The notes: generated by a model from the letters alone, not told the origin. DNA of 64,000 bases from a virus (IMGVR_UViG_3300026094_000002); one strand, 5' to 3'. Positions 28,759-40,713 are shown, numbered from the stretch's first letter. A program made the numbers and translations.

Positions 28759-30433
28759 TGTTGATTTCGGGACAATCAGACTCTATAACCGATAGATAAG
28801 ACTCAAGTAGTCCTTGATTATAATCATCTAACAGCATATTAAAATGATCCTGAGCAATTTGCTCAGGATCCCAGCCTGTTACTGTGTCATAAGTAACAGA
28901 TGGTTTTCTATTAATCACTGACCGTCAAGTGCCTTTTGTGCAAAATAAACTGCATCTTCTGTTTCCGGATGCTTGTGAATCATTACGGCACCATTGCGGA
29001 GAAACCACCGAAGATTTTCTGGCGTCGCCGTCTTTCGGTTATCTGGAATCTCAGCAAACCGACTGATCATTGTTTCCCATCGTCGTTCTGATTTTGTCTT
29101 TTCTTTTTGCATCCGAGTCTCCTTACTGGGAGTGTATTTACTTTTGTGGGTTGTTTGATATAAGATTAGTTGGTCAATGCTGCATCTTCAGTTACAGCAA
29201 GTTCCCACTCAATATCTCGCTTCTTGGCTTCAAGATCATAAACTTTTCGCTCAAGGTCTTGAATCTCAGCATTAATCCGGTCACGCTCGTTCCTAAGATT
29301 TTCAATAGTCATTTTAGTTTCCTCTTTAATTTAACGATTACACATTTAAATAAAGTGACTTAATGTCACCACATTTCCATTTTCATTTCATAATCAATAG
29401 CGGCATCATTACTATCATAATCACGAATAGAAGTTGGCTGCATTGCACCCAAATCTCCTGTCATCTCGTCCCTAATCTGCCAAAGCATCTTTAGGGCTTC
29501 TTCATCTTCACCACTCCCATTAGAGAGATCTGATGGATCATCTTTCATACCCAACTCAAGAAGTTGCAGCACTTCTGTTTCGTACTCTACAGATTCTACT
29601 TGACGACCAATCGGGCCACACCATACTTCATTGTTAAGAACCCGATACGCCAAAGCATCTACTGCATAGTCAACTTCTTTACTGTAATTTGGAAAGCAGA
29701 AGTATTGTGGCAAAACTTCTTCAATCTTTCGCATATACTCGCCAATAATATCTTCAATTTCATCTGGTTTTTCGTAATCCCGAAATGCCATTGTATTTTC
29801 CTCGTTGACAGTTGCAGTCTAAGCAGCAACCTTTGTATGATTGTGGGCAAGAACAATACTTGCACGACCGGCAGTATAACAGTTATAACTTCGGACAGGA
29901 GAGTACTTCTGTGGCTTTCCCTCTACAATTTCTACTGTTTCTCCACGCTCTTTCTTGGTGCGAAGGAAAAGAGAAAGATCACAATCTTCTTCCAAGTATG
30001 CAGTCTTGCCCTTGATGTACGAAAACTGAGAAATCTTGTATTCAATGCCCAAGCGATATAGTTCTGCGACTTTTACTGCGAGCCAACCATGTCCTGCGTC
30101 ACTGTGAAACTTGTAAGCCATGTCTATGTCTCTTTTTGCCTAAAGTGTGAATGTATTATAGAAGACTATGATGCAGTCTGTCAAGAAAAAATATTATCTA
30201 TTTTATAAGGAAAAAAGAGTTTCGTCTGTCTTACCCGCATTCCAGCGATCTACTGCGTCTTGCTTGCTGGAGCCATAAACGATTCTGCCACAACCAGTGT
30301 TATGAATTTGACAAACCACATTCCATTCTGTGAAATCGCCGGTGGAATGATCACGCTTACTGGGATAAAGGGTGTCAATCAGTTCCCAATTTGCATTCCA
30401 ATCTTTACCACATTTGATGCAAGGGTCAATCAT
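28733..30433 (-). other. small early ORFs: 28733-28918, 28915-29112, 29166-29312 (manual), 29366-29791, 29819-30121, 30203-30433
   Basis: Each has a GAGG/GGAG-type RBS or coupling; TTGACA promoter near 30185. Confidence 0.55.
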
Positions 30434-31706
30434 TTTTTATTTCCTCTAATGCATCAGCAAACTGATCCACTGCCCATTCAATTTGATCTTCTGTGACAAT
30501 GAGTGGTGGAATCCAGCGAATAACATTGCCACCCCAAGGGCCACACTTGATCATGATTAACCCTTTATGCTCAAGAATTTTCAGCATCTTAGCTGCTCTT
30601 TCACCACCGGTCATAATATCTGTATCCGCAAGGTGAGTTCCAATCATTAGACCTTTGCCAGTTACAGCAACAATTTCTGGGTGCCTACGCTGCAAGAACA
30701 GCAATTTTTCTTTTAGTTTAGCACCCATCTTGGCAGCGTTTTCTACTAAGTTTTCGTCACGAATAACATCCAGAGTGGCTAATCCTGCAGCACAAGCCAC
30801 TGCATTACCACCATATGTGCCACCTTGAGATCCCGGAAAGGCTTTGTTCATAAGTTCTCGTGGTGCAGCCATGAATGATAACTGAAAGCCGCTTGCAACA
30901 CCTTTAGCAGATACCACCACATCGGGCGTAACATTATAGTGTTCAAAACCCCACATTTTACCAGTTCTGCCATTACCTGCCTGTACTTCGTCCATGATCA
31001 GCAAAATGCCGTGTTTTTTACAACGCTCTTCCAGTCCCTGCATGAAACGCTTGCTTGCAGTGATATATCCTGCTTCTCCCTGAATGCTTTCTATCAGCAT
31101 TGCAGCAGTTTCCATAGGCACACTCTGCACCTGCAGGATATAATCAAGTTCACGCAAACAGAAGTCTGCAGCCTCATCCTCTGTCATATTATACCAATTA
31201 GTGTCGGGGAAAGGTGCCGTTACAACGCCACCCATCATAGGCTGCACACCCTGACGAACAGCAGCACTCGAGGTAGTTGTGCTTAGACTTCCCATAGTCC
31301 TACCGTGGAAGCAGCCACGGAAAGCAATAATATTTGGCTTGCCGGTTGCCTGTCGTGCCAGTCGGATTGATGCTTCCACTGCCTCTGTTCCTGCACTTGA
31401 AAAGAATACAGAATTTATAGAATCAGGCAATAATTCACAAATTCGATCTGACAATTCTAAAATAGGGCGATGCTTCATAATAGCATACTGGGCATGCACT
31501 ACTTTATCAATCTGATCCTTTGCAGCCTCAATAACTTTTGGGTGAGAATGCCCTGTGCTTAAAACGCCAATTCCCGAAGAAAAATCCATATATCCCTTGC
31601 CATCTTCTCCCCATACATACATGCCTTCAGCATGATCTACAACAACGTCAGATGTTTGGCGTAGCAGTGGGGAAAGATGATGTTCGTGTTCGCTTGTGTT
31701 TTGCAT
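30426..31706 (-). CDS. class III PLP aminotransferase (4-aminobutyrate aminotransferase-like)
   Basis: DFSSGIGV, SAGTEAVE, FHGRT, ESIQGEAG, DEVQAG.GRTG, SAKG (PLP Lys), GTYGGN. Confidence 0.92.
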   Translation of the reverse strand: MQNTSEHEHHLSPLLRQTSDVVVDHAEGMYVWGEDGKGYMDFSSGIGVLSTGHSHPKVIEAAKDQIDKVVHAQYAIMKHRPILELSDRICELLPDSINSVFFSSAGTEAVEASIRLARQATGKPNIIAFRGCFHGRTMGSLSTTTSSAAVRQGVQPMMGGVVTAPFPDTNWYNMTEDEAADFCLRELDYILQVQSVPMETAAMLIESIQGEAGYITASKRFMQGLEERCKKHGILLIMDEVQAGNGRTGKMWGFEHYNVTPDVVVSAKGVASGFQLSFMAAPRELMNKAFPGSQGGTYGGNAVACAAGLATLDVIRDENLVENAAKMGAKLKEKLLFLQRRHPEIVAVTGKGLMIGTHLADTDIMTGGERAAKMLKILEHKGLIMIKCGPWGGNVIRWIPPLIVTEDQIEWAVDQFADALEEIKND

Positions 31707-31752
31707 AATATTTCTCCGGGTTTATATCTCGGGACCGTACTTATACAATCAG

Positions 31753-31959
31753 TTATTGTTTATCAACTATTACGGTTTCTTGTTCGGTGTCAAAAAACTC
31801 TGGTTCCATTTCTAACTTTTGAGAATAATCAAAAATTTGATAGCCTTGGAGTGCATACCAAGTTATACGTGCAGGTGTTGCCAACATTATCTTGCGATCA
31901 ACAATATTGTTTTCTTGCCATAATTCTATATCGTACAGACGGTGTTCTATATTAGACAA
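31753..31959 (-). CDS. small hypothetical protein
   Basis: Coupled to the upstream membrane gene. Confidence 0.45.
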   Translation of the reverse strand: MSNIEHRLYDIELWQENNIVDRKIMLATPARITWYALQGYQIFDYSQKLEMEPEFFDTEQETVIVDKQ

Positions 31960-32350
31960 TCAACTTTGATCCTATGATAACCCACACAAACACTATGTAA
32001 GTAAGATGATGTAACAATTGATCAAAACCAATCCAGTTCCAAAACCCTTTTTCTTGCGGAGTGAATTGCTTTGACATCTGCATTTTGCCCCAATCAATAT
32101 GATAATGCACGAAAAACTCTATTGCTGCTATAGCAAACATTACAGTGTATTCAACGGGGAATACGAGATAATCAAATGCCACCAACACAGCAAATGTCAT
32201 AACAGCATGGATAAGAGAATGATATATTCCACCCTTTTTACCATAATGACCTTTTTCTACTACCATTTGATAGTTTTGCAGCGGATAATCTGCAACGAAA
32301 TGCTTGATTTGAAATGCAAGCAACAGAATAAAAGCATATTCTAAATTCAT
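31952..32350 (-). CDS. DUF3307-like membrane protein
   Basis: KHFVADYPLQ, HSLIH, HYHIDWGK, GFDQLLH. Confidence 0.8.
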   Translation of the reverse strand: MNLEYAFILLLAFQIKHFVADYPLQNYQMVVEKGHYGKKGGIYHSLIHAVMTFAVLVAFDYLVFPVEYTVMFAIAAIEFFVHYHIDWGKMQMSKQFTPQEKGFWNWIGFDQLLHHLTYIVFVWVIIGSKLIV

Positions 32351-32379
32351 AGGTACCTATTGATTTTGAGATTTAGTAG

Positions 32380-32412
32380 TAAGGAGGCACTTCCTTGTGC
32401 CCCTCTTACTTA
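32380..32412 (-). terminator. hairpin/terminator
   Basis: TAAGGAGGCAC-ttcctt-GTGCCCCTCTTA inverted repeat. Confidence 0.55.
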
Positions 32413-32418
32413 TGTTTT

Positions 32419-33820
32419 TTACATACTCCAGTATGATTCGCTTGAGGGTGAGCAATAATGAGGCGTGTCATACCGCTCTTTGAACTCTTTGCCCGACATA
32501 AAATTAGTGCGGGTTACCCAAGTTACATGCTGCTCAATACGATAAGATGGTGCTGGAAACTTTTCAGAGATTTCGTTTTGTGCCTTAACAACACCGGCGT
32601 CCGAATCTCCGCAGTCAACCGTGACCTCTTTCAGAAACCGCTCACCTGCTTTGGTGCGACCATCTTTTTTATAGATTTCAAAGGTGTATTCCATCTTTCC
32701 GCTCTCTTTGCCATAAGTTGGACTACAGTATAGGGGAGAGTGGGGGGTGTGTCAACCCACGATCTTCTTACTCTACCTCCATAGGAATAACTTCGTAGAA
32801 GTCGTAGAGTGAGTTTTCGCTCAGGATCCTCTCGCCGTACTCCTTGGCCTTGTTCTCATCTCTGAACGACTTTGCATCGTCCTTCCACATGCCTTCCAAG
32901 TTGTATCCGAATAGTACTAGGTAAATCATTCTGTTTATCCTCTTTGCTCTAACTGTGTACAGTATATGCTCTTGAGTAGAGTGTGTCAACCCCTGTCTCT
33001 AACATACCCTCTACCGCCTCTATAGCGGCTAGACCGTTGACATCACACTTATACATTTCGTGGAAAGTGTCAATCTGTTCTTCTGTAAGTTCTTCGCCAG
33101 TATCTGTGAATCGTGCATTTTCAATATACGCATCACAGAGTTCCGGGTAGTCTCGCATATCAATTCCACCAAAACTAACAATTTCAACTTCACGTTCATT
33201 CAATTTCATTTTCAAGTCCTCTTGTTTAATAGTGTCCATACAGCATTGTATGATTGTAGTCTAAGAATGTCAATCCTTTGAATGTTATTCTTTTTACTTT
33301 GAGAAAAAGTTTTCCATTGCCGCGAGAGCATCGTTGACGTTATCGCACTTGACCACATTTCGTTTACTGTCATTGTAGTCAGTCAGTTCCTGACGAGTAA
33401 TGCTGTTGTCACGATAATAAAGGTGGGCTGCGTCTGTGGCATCAACGTATGCCTCTTCACTGCCTGTATTGTTCTCCCAGTAATACTCTGCTTCCTGAGC
33501 ATCGCGGGCAAGATTGAGGTAATTTTCAATGATTTGATTGCGATCCATGATATATTTCCTTTCTTTGCCAAAAGTTCACTTGTAGTATAGGCACACTGAT
33601 TGATTATGTCAATAGTCTTTCAATCTACAAATTCTTCTTGATAATAAAGTTCTTCTTCTTGAAGACGAGCCATATTGTCCTCCATCAACTGTAACTCTTG
33701 ATATAGAGCGTTAAGTTCGCAATCAAGTTCAATAAAATCGGGGTCTATAGGAGAAAGCCCCTGCATTTTTACTTTAATGTTCTCAATCATTTTTTCAATT
33801 TCACTAGGTGTAAAATACAT
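32419..33820 (-). other. small early ORFs: 32419-32694, 32768-32929, 32949-33209, 33294-33548, 33620-33820
   Basis: Promoter plus RBS for each; starts adjusted to RBS-supported ATGs. Confidence 0.6.
32727..33612 (-). promoter_or_regulatory. four consensus sigma70 promoters, each upstream of one small ORF
   Basis: TTGACA-17-TATACT at 32755-32727, 32989-32961 and 33612-33584; TTGACA-17-TACAAT at 33273-33245. Confidence 0.85.
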
Positions 33821-34652
33821 CGTTGTTCTCCGTGTCTGTTTCCTTTTTAAGTGTTTTCACAACATGTGCATAATGCATATTTTTTACTACACCATGCTGC
33901 ATTTTTGCCGATTCTAGAACTATCTTTGCCCATTTAGCCCTAATATTAGGTTCTGTTTGTAATAAATTTTCAAACTCTTTGTCATTTATGTTAAAACTAT
34001 TAAACCCACTTTGATATTTGCCAAATGATTTTAATAGTTGATCTTCGTCAAAACCAGTTTTTGAAATTTTTTCTATCGCAGCAACGCATTCCAATGCCCG
34101 TTCTTGTTCAGTTTTTGCATTTAAATGTTTTTTCTCGTTACTGAGATACCTTAAATTGGCATAGATGTCGTCAATCATTGTTTCCATCTTGGCTCTTAAC
34201 TTAGGCAAAAAGACTTTTTTCATATGAAAATATACACCATGTATGCCTCCAGCAAGTGCATCAAAATCATCAAAATAATATTTCCGCAATTCTTCTTGAG
34301 TAGGTTTTTTTGCCCTAAAATCAGTGCCAAAACTATCTGTCTCTATTGAAAAAAACTTACCTTTCACGCTCATTCCGCGAAGTGCCTCTTTGGCACCACG
34401 AACAGACCAATCCCATTGAGGGAATTTACCTGATTTCATGATTAGTTTAGCCCAATAATCTCCTGTTTCTGCAAAAACTTTAGCAGCACCAGTAGTGTCG
34501 CCATTCGGGAGAATATTTACTATAAAAACATCATCATCAAAATCATTAGATTTTGGTTTAGAAATCGCCTTTACTTCTGCATCATGATCGATATTGACTT
34601 TCTTTAAAAGTTTTTTTACAAACTCTTTGGGAATTTCCGATTCAAAAAGCAT
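33804..34652 (-). CDS. hypothetical protein
   Basis: 282 aa ORF with AAGGA RBS. Confidence 0.6.
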   Translation of the reverse strand: MLFESEIPKEFVKKLLKKVNIDHDAEVKAISKPKSNDFDDDVFIVNILPNGDTTGAAKVFAETGDYWAKLIMKSGKFPQWDWSVRGAKEALRGMSVKGKFFSIETDSFGTDFRAKKPTQEELRKYYFDDFDALAGGIHGVYFHMKKVFLPKLRAKMETMIDDIYANLRYLSNEKKHLNAKTEQERALECVAAIEKISKTGFDEDQLLKSFGKYQSGFNSFNINDKEFENLLQTEPNIRAKWAKIVLESAKMQHGVVKNMHYAHVVKTLKKETDTENNDVFYT

Positions 34653-34683
34653 TGTTAAAATTCCTTGTTCTTAACTTCACATC

Positions 34684-37273
34684 TCATGCTCGTTCTTTTA
34701 GCGGTCTATCTGTGAGTCTTTCAGCCACCCACCGGTGAGACAGAGATTTTTTCCAATCTTTACTACTCCACTCGAAAGTGGGGGCTACCGCCGACTTCAT
34801 TTCTTCCGCAAAGCCTGACCACACACTTTCTTTTATGGTAGTCCATACCAAATCTGGTTCATCTAAATCTGGTTCTGCATCATACCAGCAAGCCATACCA
34901 TCAGCATCCATTGCCCAACACTGGGCCCATTCTGGAGCATGATCCCAATCAACATTTGGATTACTCATCTCTGTTCTCTCTATTTTCTAAAAACGACCCT
35001 AGGGTATAGACAATTTTAAAAGATGTCAAGAAAAATTTATGTCTTTTGCGGAAACTCAATGACGTTCTCACCATCATTGAGTAAGTTTTGACGTTGAATT
35101 TCTAATTGAGCAATTTGTTCTTTAAGTTCTTTTATCTCAGGAGAGACATCGTCAAAGTCAACTAATCCTCCGTCATCAGGAACAAGTGGTTCATTGTCTT
35201 GTTCCCAGAGTCGTTGCTCAATTCGCTCAACTGCTTTTTCAAGGCGGGTTAAACGGTCATTGAAGTTAGCCATTTTGTCACCTACAAAGTTTTCTGTTAT
35301 TGAATTTCTGTAAAAGTGCCAAACCCAAGTCGTGAGTCTGGATTTGTTATGTGTGTTCTGACAACCATTTCGTCATTGTCATTGTATTTTATTAGCCAGT
35401 GTGAATAGGTGGGTATCCAAAAACATATATTAGTAATGGTACTCATCATTCTTTCTGGATAATCATATAATGCATACTGCTCGGCTAATTTTTTATCTCC
35501 TTGAATCAAATACCAAGTATGCCAACGCTTGAAGTATTCTTTTGTTAATATAAAAAAATCAACATGCCAGCGGTCTGTGAACCATTCAGGAAGATTTTCC
35601 CAGTCATACTCGCGGATAATCTGTTCTCGGGGCTGGCGTTTTTCTAATCTGGCTTTATGAGCGGTTTTTAAATCATAGGGTTCATAAAGACGATTAAATG
35701 TTGATTTGGCTTTTTGGAGAAGCATTTCAAGTATTGCTGTCTCTCTTTTTAATTTTAATCATCTTGCCTTCCCAGAATAGGGCAATATAGATATCTTTGT
35801 CATCATAGAATTCTATACTGCCATCAAAATCTGGCACGGCTTCCCACTTTTCTGAGATGGGCTTTAGATAACCGCCAAGAATCGCGTCATCATCATTGAC
35901 CCACACACGCTCGACATTTTTAAGCCATAGTTCATCACCACGGATTTCATATGTATCTAAACACTGCACGGGAGTATCTTTAGTCTGATATTCTTTGCCT
36001 TCATAATAAATCCTATCAAACATTCCCATGATGAATACTCCTGTGTTTAGTAATTGTTGTCGTCATCTAAATCAAGGTCTTGGTCTGCCCACGCAGCCTG
36101 AACGGCTTCATGACGAGTGTCAAATGGTCCGTTTGGGATTTCAATATCATCAACCCAATACCATTTTTCATCTTCCTCAATCATTTTAACGCCAACTGGC
36201 GGTTGTGCACGGTTGCTATTATAAAGCATGTCACCCATTGTAGTTTTTCACCTCCAAAAAATATTTATCGAATTCTATAATAGCAACCACAGATTTAATA
36301 GATGGCATATTCTGGGTTGGGTTCAAATTCAAAGTTAGTTACTGAATCTACCCGGAATGAACGCCATTCATACTTTTCCATGTCAAATACACGGATGACC
36401 TCTGGGTTATCTTTTACAGCGGATTCGCTGACTGGTCGCATGTAGTCTGGAATATTTCGCATTTCAAGGGTGCAAAGCATCTCACGAGTATCACCATTCT
36501 TTTTGGTGAAAGTTACTCGGTAAGCACCCTCACGAAGATTTGCAAGCATGGATTCACGGTTTGTCATTTTGGTTTCTCCAAATTTGTTTAACGAAGTTTG
36601 AATGTATCAGCATTCCTATAGCGTGTCAAGAGATAAATTGTTAATCTAAACTAACAATACGATTATCATCTTCAAGCGTTGCCGGATCTACCCAAGAGTA
36701 ACTATGAGAAATGTGATTTACGCCACGAACAAGTTCATTTTTTAGAATACCCATGGTAGTTGCTTCTTCTCTCCACGGTTTAAAGTGTGTCCAGTCATCC
36801 TCAAAAAAACACATTTCCCATGTATATACAAGTGGACTTGTTAAATTGTTTTTAATACAATACGCAAATATTTCAGTCCAAGGGCTAAGTTCCCATCTGA
36901 ATCCATTGTTCATTGTGCCGTTTTCTATATGGACAAGTGAATTTTTTGTAGCCTTGTTAATCGGGCAGTATTTTTTGGGATAGTCGCCCAACCATAATAA
37001 CTTATCAACGCGTATACTCAATGACCCATAAAATCCGGGATAATACTTTAGTGTGTCAGGTTGGTTCTCTAAAAAATCAACGCCATTAACAGGAGAACAG
37101 TTCCTATTCGGGATTGCCGCAGTTGAGATAAACTCCCAAAAAAATCCTTGAACCTTGATTGCAGGTAGTGCGAGTTTAATATTCTCAATGACACACTTTG
37201 CCAGATAATCTGGAGTTGTTGGCTCTCCAAACTTCTGAACAAACCTGTCTTTTATTTCGGATTTTGTAGTCAT
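34684..37273 (-). other. small ORFs: 34684-34968, 35037-35273, 35297-35725, 35727-36029, 36047-36238, 36295-36567 (SH3/WYL_2-like), 36641-37273
   Basis: Dense packing; 36295 has F.KKNG..R.M.CT and VFD.EK.EWRSFR. Confidence 0.6.
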
Positions 37274-37312
37274 AAAAATAATTTACGACAAAAGTGAGAA
37301 AATGTCAAATGG

Positions 37313-37915
37313 TTATAGTTTTGTTACTTTCTCATATGGAAGAACATCAAAGTCCTCTGCATAATACTCATTAATAAGTTTCAAGGACTTGGAATTAATA
37401 TGTGCAAATGGATCTGGGTCTCTGGCGAGAACTGTTCTACCACCAACTAATGTTGTGGAATTTACTCTTGGCAAATCTTCATCACCGGTAATAAATGGAA
37501 GGTCTTTAAACTGTTCGTTTAGTTTTTCATTACGCAGCAAACAGTCAAACCGGTTATGCTTTAGATAATCATTTTGCTTTGATAATAAATTATTTTTACG
37601 GTCTGTCTTGAGCATGTAGGACAGTAAATCTTCTAATTTATCTGAACCTGCCAATACTCTAAAATCATCGCCCAAATATGTTTTTTCTGTGCTTAACTCT
37701 CTTTTACAAGTAGCCCACCACATAGAAACTACTCTATCATATGGGTTTCTAATTACCGTAAATGAATAAAAGTGTTTGAACTCATCCGGTATTACAGTAT
37801 GATGGTCTTTATATACTTCACCATCATAATGCTTTTTTAAAACTGTATATACCGATCTCGTTCCTGTTTTAGGAATAGCAGTAAAAACAAATTTATGTTT
37901 ATGAGAGATTAACAT
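37313..37915 (-). CDS. sulfotransferase family protein
   Basis: IPKTGTRSV 5'-PSB and RNPYDRVVS 3'-PB PAPS-binding motifs. Confidence 0.85.
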   Translation of the reverse strand: MLISHKHKFVFTAIPKTGTRSVYTVLKKHYDGEVYKDHHTVIPDEFKHFYSFTVIRNPYDRVVSMWWATCKRELSTEKTYLGDDFRVLAGSDKLEDLLSYMLKTDRKNNLLSKQNDYLKHNRFDCLLRNEKLNEQFKDLPFITGDEDLPRVNSTTLVGGRTVLARDPDPFAHINSKSLKLINEYYAEDFDVLPYEKVTKL

Positions 37916-37941
37916 TTCGGCTTATTTAGTAAGTATTATCT

Positions 37942-38679
37942 TTACTCAAAGTCAAAAAAATCTGATAGTTTTTCAGAATCTATTCTTTTTTTGGCGACAG
38001 CAAAGTAATCGGAGTCTAACTCAATACCTGTGAAATTACGACCGGTGGTGACACAAGCAACACCCGTGGTGCCGCTACCCATTGTATTATCTAAAACAGT
38101 ATCACCCAAATCAGTGTATGTTTTGACTAGATATTGCATTAGTTCTAATGGTTTTTGTGTTGGGTGCAATCCTTTATCTTGTTTACATTTAATAATTGTT
38201 TTGGGATATCTTGAACCATCTGGATTGTCTCTGTGCTTTGATTTTGCACTATTATACACCTCACCAATCTTTGCCGTTTCGGAAGAAAAACCAGAGTATG
38301 GTGTGCTATACCACATTTGAGGATTGTATGTTGGTTTTTTACGGTAGAAAACCGCAATATTCTCGTGGTTCTTCAACGGCATAACTTTTGCACACATTGG
38401 ATTTGTTCCCTGTGGTTTTTCCCAAATCCATTCATAACGGTAGTCGTTGATGTTAGATGCAATCAATGTTGTCGTAAATGGTTGAACACTTGTAAAGACC
38501 ATTGCTGCATTTTCTTTGCACACTCTGTAATAATGTTCCCACAATTTATCGAATGGAATTATACTGTCCCATTTACATGCGGTTGTTCCATAAGGAAGAT
38601 CAACCAAAACCATGTCAATTGAATTATCTGGAATTTCTGCCATCATTTCCAGACATTCACCTTGCATCAAATTTACCAT
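37942..38679 (-). CDS. beta-class N4-C/N6-A DNA methyltransferase (M1)
   Basis: DLPY motif IV, HPTQKP, DNTMGSGTTG motif I. Confidence 0.92.
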   Translation of the reverse strand: MVNLMQGECLEMMAEIPDNSIDMVLVDLPYGTTACKWDSIIPFDKLWEHYYRVCKENAAMVFTSVQPFTTTLIASNINDYRYEWIWEKPQGTNPMCAKVMPLKNHENIAVFYRKKPTYNPQMWYSTPYSGFSSETAKIGEVYNSAKSKHRDNPDGSRYPKTIIKCKQDKGLHPTQKPLELMQYLVKTYTDLGDTVLDNTMGSGTTGVACVTTGRNFTGIELDSDYFAVAKKRIDSEKLSDFFDFE

Positions 38680-39194
38680 TCAGATATATCTCGCATTTCC
38701 TTTGTCAACTCAAAAAGTTTTCTGCTTGCAGTCATCCAATCATCATTGTCCGCACTGTTGCCACCTTGTTGTGGATTAAAATATTTACTCTTTAAAGAAA
38801 TAAAGTCATTTTTAGTCATCCATTTAATTACAGGATTTTTTGGGTCTGAGTTAATACCCACAAATATGAGCCTTTCCCAATCTTTCCCCTCGGCAACATG
38901 ATTCATTGTCCAACAATTATCTTTTATAATACCTTTTTTGTGATCACTGTGGGCAAGAGAGAATTTAATTTCTGTGGGGATTTTGTCAATGATTCTGTCA
39001 TGCCCTGCATTATTATATTTTGACGGTTGAATATCATGGTTTTTTTTCATTCCGCGTTCAACATATCTCTCCCCAAACTCACCTTTTTGTTTATTATCTA
39101 AGTATCTATATCCTTCAAATATAGTACCCGCCCACAAATCATTTAAATTTTCTTTAATATATTTTATATCAACTGCATCTTCAACTAAAAACAT
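38673..39194 (-). CDS. putative PD-(D/E)xK restriction endonuclease
   Basis: KGEFGE...GHD......EIKFS; sandwiched between two MTases. Confidence 0.65.
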   Translation of the reverse strand: MFLVEDAVDIKYIKENLNDLWAGTIFEGYRYLDNKQKGEFGERYVERGMKKNHDIQPSKYNNAGHDRIIDKIPTEIKFSLAHSDHKKGIIKDNCWTMNHVAEGKDWERLIFVGINSDPKNPVIKWMTKNDFISLKSKYFNPQQGGNSADNDDWMTASRKLFELTKEMRDISEW

Positions 39195-39227
39195 AACTCT
39201 CCATAATTATTAAATTTTCATCATTTT

Positions 39228-39992
39228 TTACTCAAAGTCAAAGAAATTTGATAGATTGTCTGATCCAATTCTTGCTCTGGCAATCTCAACATATTCAGGA
39301 TCAAGTTCAATACCGATAAAATTTCGATTGAGGTTCGACGCCGCCACGCCGGTAGTTCCAGATCCCATTGTAAAATCCAAAATTGTATCGCCTTCGTCTG
39401 TATAAGTTTTGATAAGATATTCCATCAAAGCCACAGGTTTTTGGGTTGGGTGTAAACCAACTTCGGTGTTAAACTTTTGCCACGAGGATGGGACACGAAG
39501 ATCTTTCAGATTGTTAGTTTTTCTACCTTCAAAGTCACGATAATTTGACGATTTGGATTCAAATGCTACATTATATTTGACCCTATCAAGCCCCGATCCA
39601 GTCCTTGGCTGCATTTGTTTATTATAAGTCCATTTGCCATTACTGAAAACCAAAACAGATTCATGTTCTTTCATAGGTTCTCTTACTGTATTAGCAAAAT
39701 TGCTTCCTCTATTTTTGATCCAAATCCATTCATGACGAAATTTACTAATATTGGAAGTAATTAAAGTTGAAGTAAATGGTTGCGATGCGGTAAAAACCTT
39801 TGCTGCTGTATGTTCGCAAATATATTCAAGCCTATCCCACATTTTCTCTAAATCAATTACAGAATCCCATTTATTTGAAGTGGTACCATAAGGAAGGTCG
39901 GTTAAGACCATATCAACACAGCATCCGCTTTTTTCGTAAATTAGATCAATGCTCTCAAGACAATCGCCCTGCATTAGTGTTATTTCACTCAT
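39228..39992 (-). CDS. beta-class N4-C/N6-A DNA methyltransferase (M2)
   Basis: DLPY, HPTQKP, DFTMGSGTTG. Confidence 0.92.
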   Translation of the reverse strand: MSEITLMQGDCLESIDLIYEKSGCCVDMVLTDLPYGTTSNKWDSVIDLEKMWDRLEYICEHTAAKVFTASQPFTSTLITSNISKFRHEWIWIKNRGSNFANTVREPMKEHESVLVFSNGKWTYNKQMQPRTGSGLDRVKYNVAFESKSSNYRDFEGRKTNNLKDLRVPSSWQKFNTEVGLHPTQKPVALMEYLIKTYTDEGDTILDFTMGSGTTGVAASNLNRNFIGIELDPEYVEIARARIGSDNLSNFFDFE

Positions 39993-40485
39993 CGGTATTA
40001 TCTTTGTTAATGTGGATACCAGTCAAAATTTCATCATCATGATCAATGAATTCTTCTTTGATTGCTATTTTGGCGAGTTCTTCTTCACTAATATAATCCA
40101 TTACTGCTATTGCGATCGTTTCCCAAGTCTCAAATTGGTGGTCAGCAAGTTCAATCATCCTGCCCATTATTTTTCTTGTCATAGATTTAATTTAAAATTC
40201 AAAAATAAAAACCCCCAAGCAGTCCTATAAAGCAACTGACGGGGGCCGTATTAAACTGTATTACGCTACCTGATGGAAGTAAATATCTCCAGCGTCCAAA
40301 TCGTTCAGAATATCTTCATGCTCTTTATACTCTGCAATCGTAAATTCTTCACCGGTATCCACCCACTCTGCATAATCAATATATGCGTCAGCAAAAACAT
40401 CGGCACCCATGATAGCAGCAGCGGCAGCACCGTGACCATCTACTGTGGCAGATACATCAACTTCGCGTCCATTAATAGTAAGCAT
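39985..40485 (-). other. small ORFs 39985-40182 and 40261-40485
   Basis: RBS-supported; hairpin at about 40210-40246; TTGACA promoter near 40593. Confidence 0.5.
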
Positions 40486-40713
40486 GTTGGATCTCTCTAT
40501 ATTGCTAATAGTGTTTAAGTTTTACAATGAAGAACTTTTACTGACAAAGGTCTTCATATTTTGTAGTGTACTTGCGATGCTCTGATTTGTCAAGCCTTTC
40601 TTCTTTGGTAGGCTTTTTGGTGTTAAACACCTTCTTTAAAAAATTGCTAATCATTTCCAACTCCTTGGCTTATCTATGCGTATTATATATGATTATAATA
40701 CGGATATCAATAC

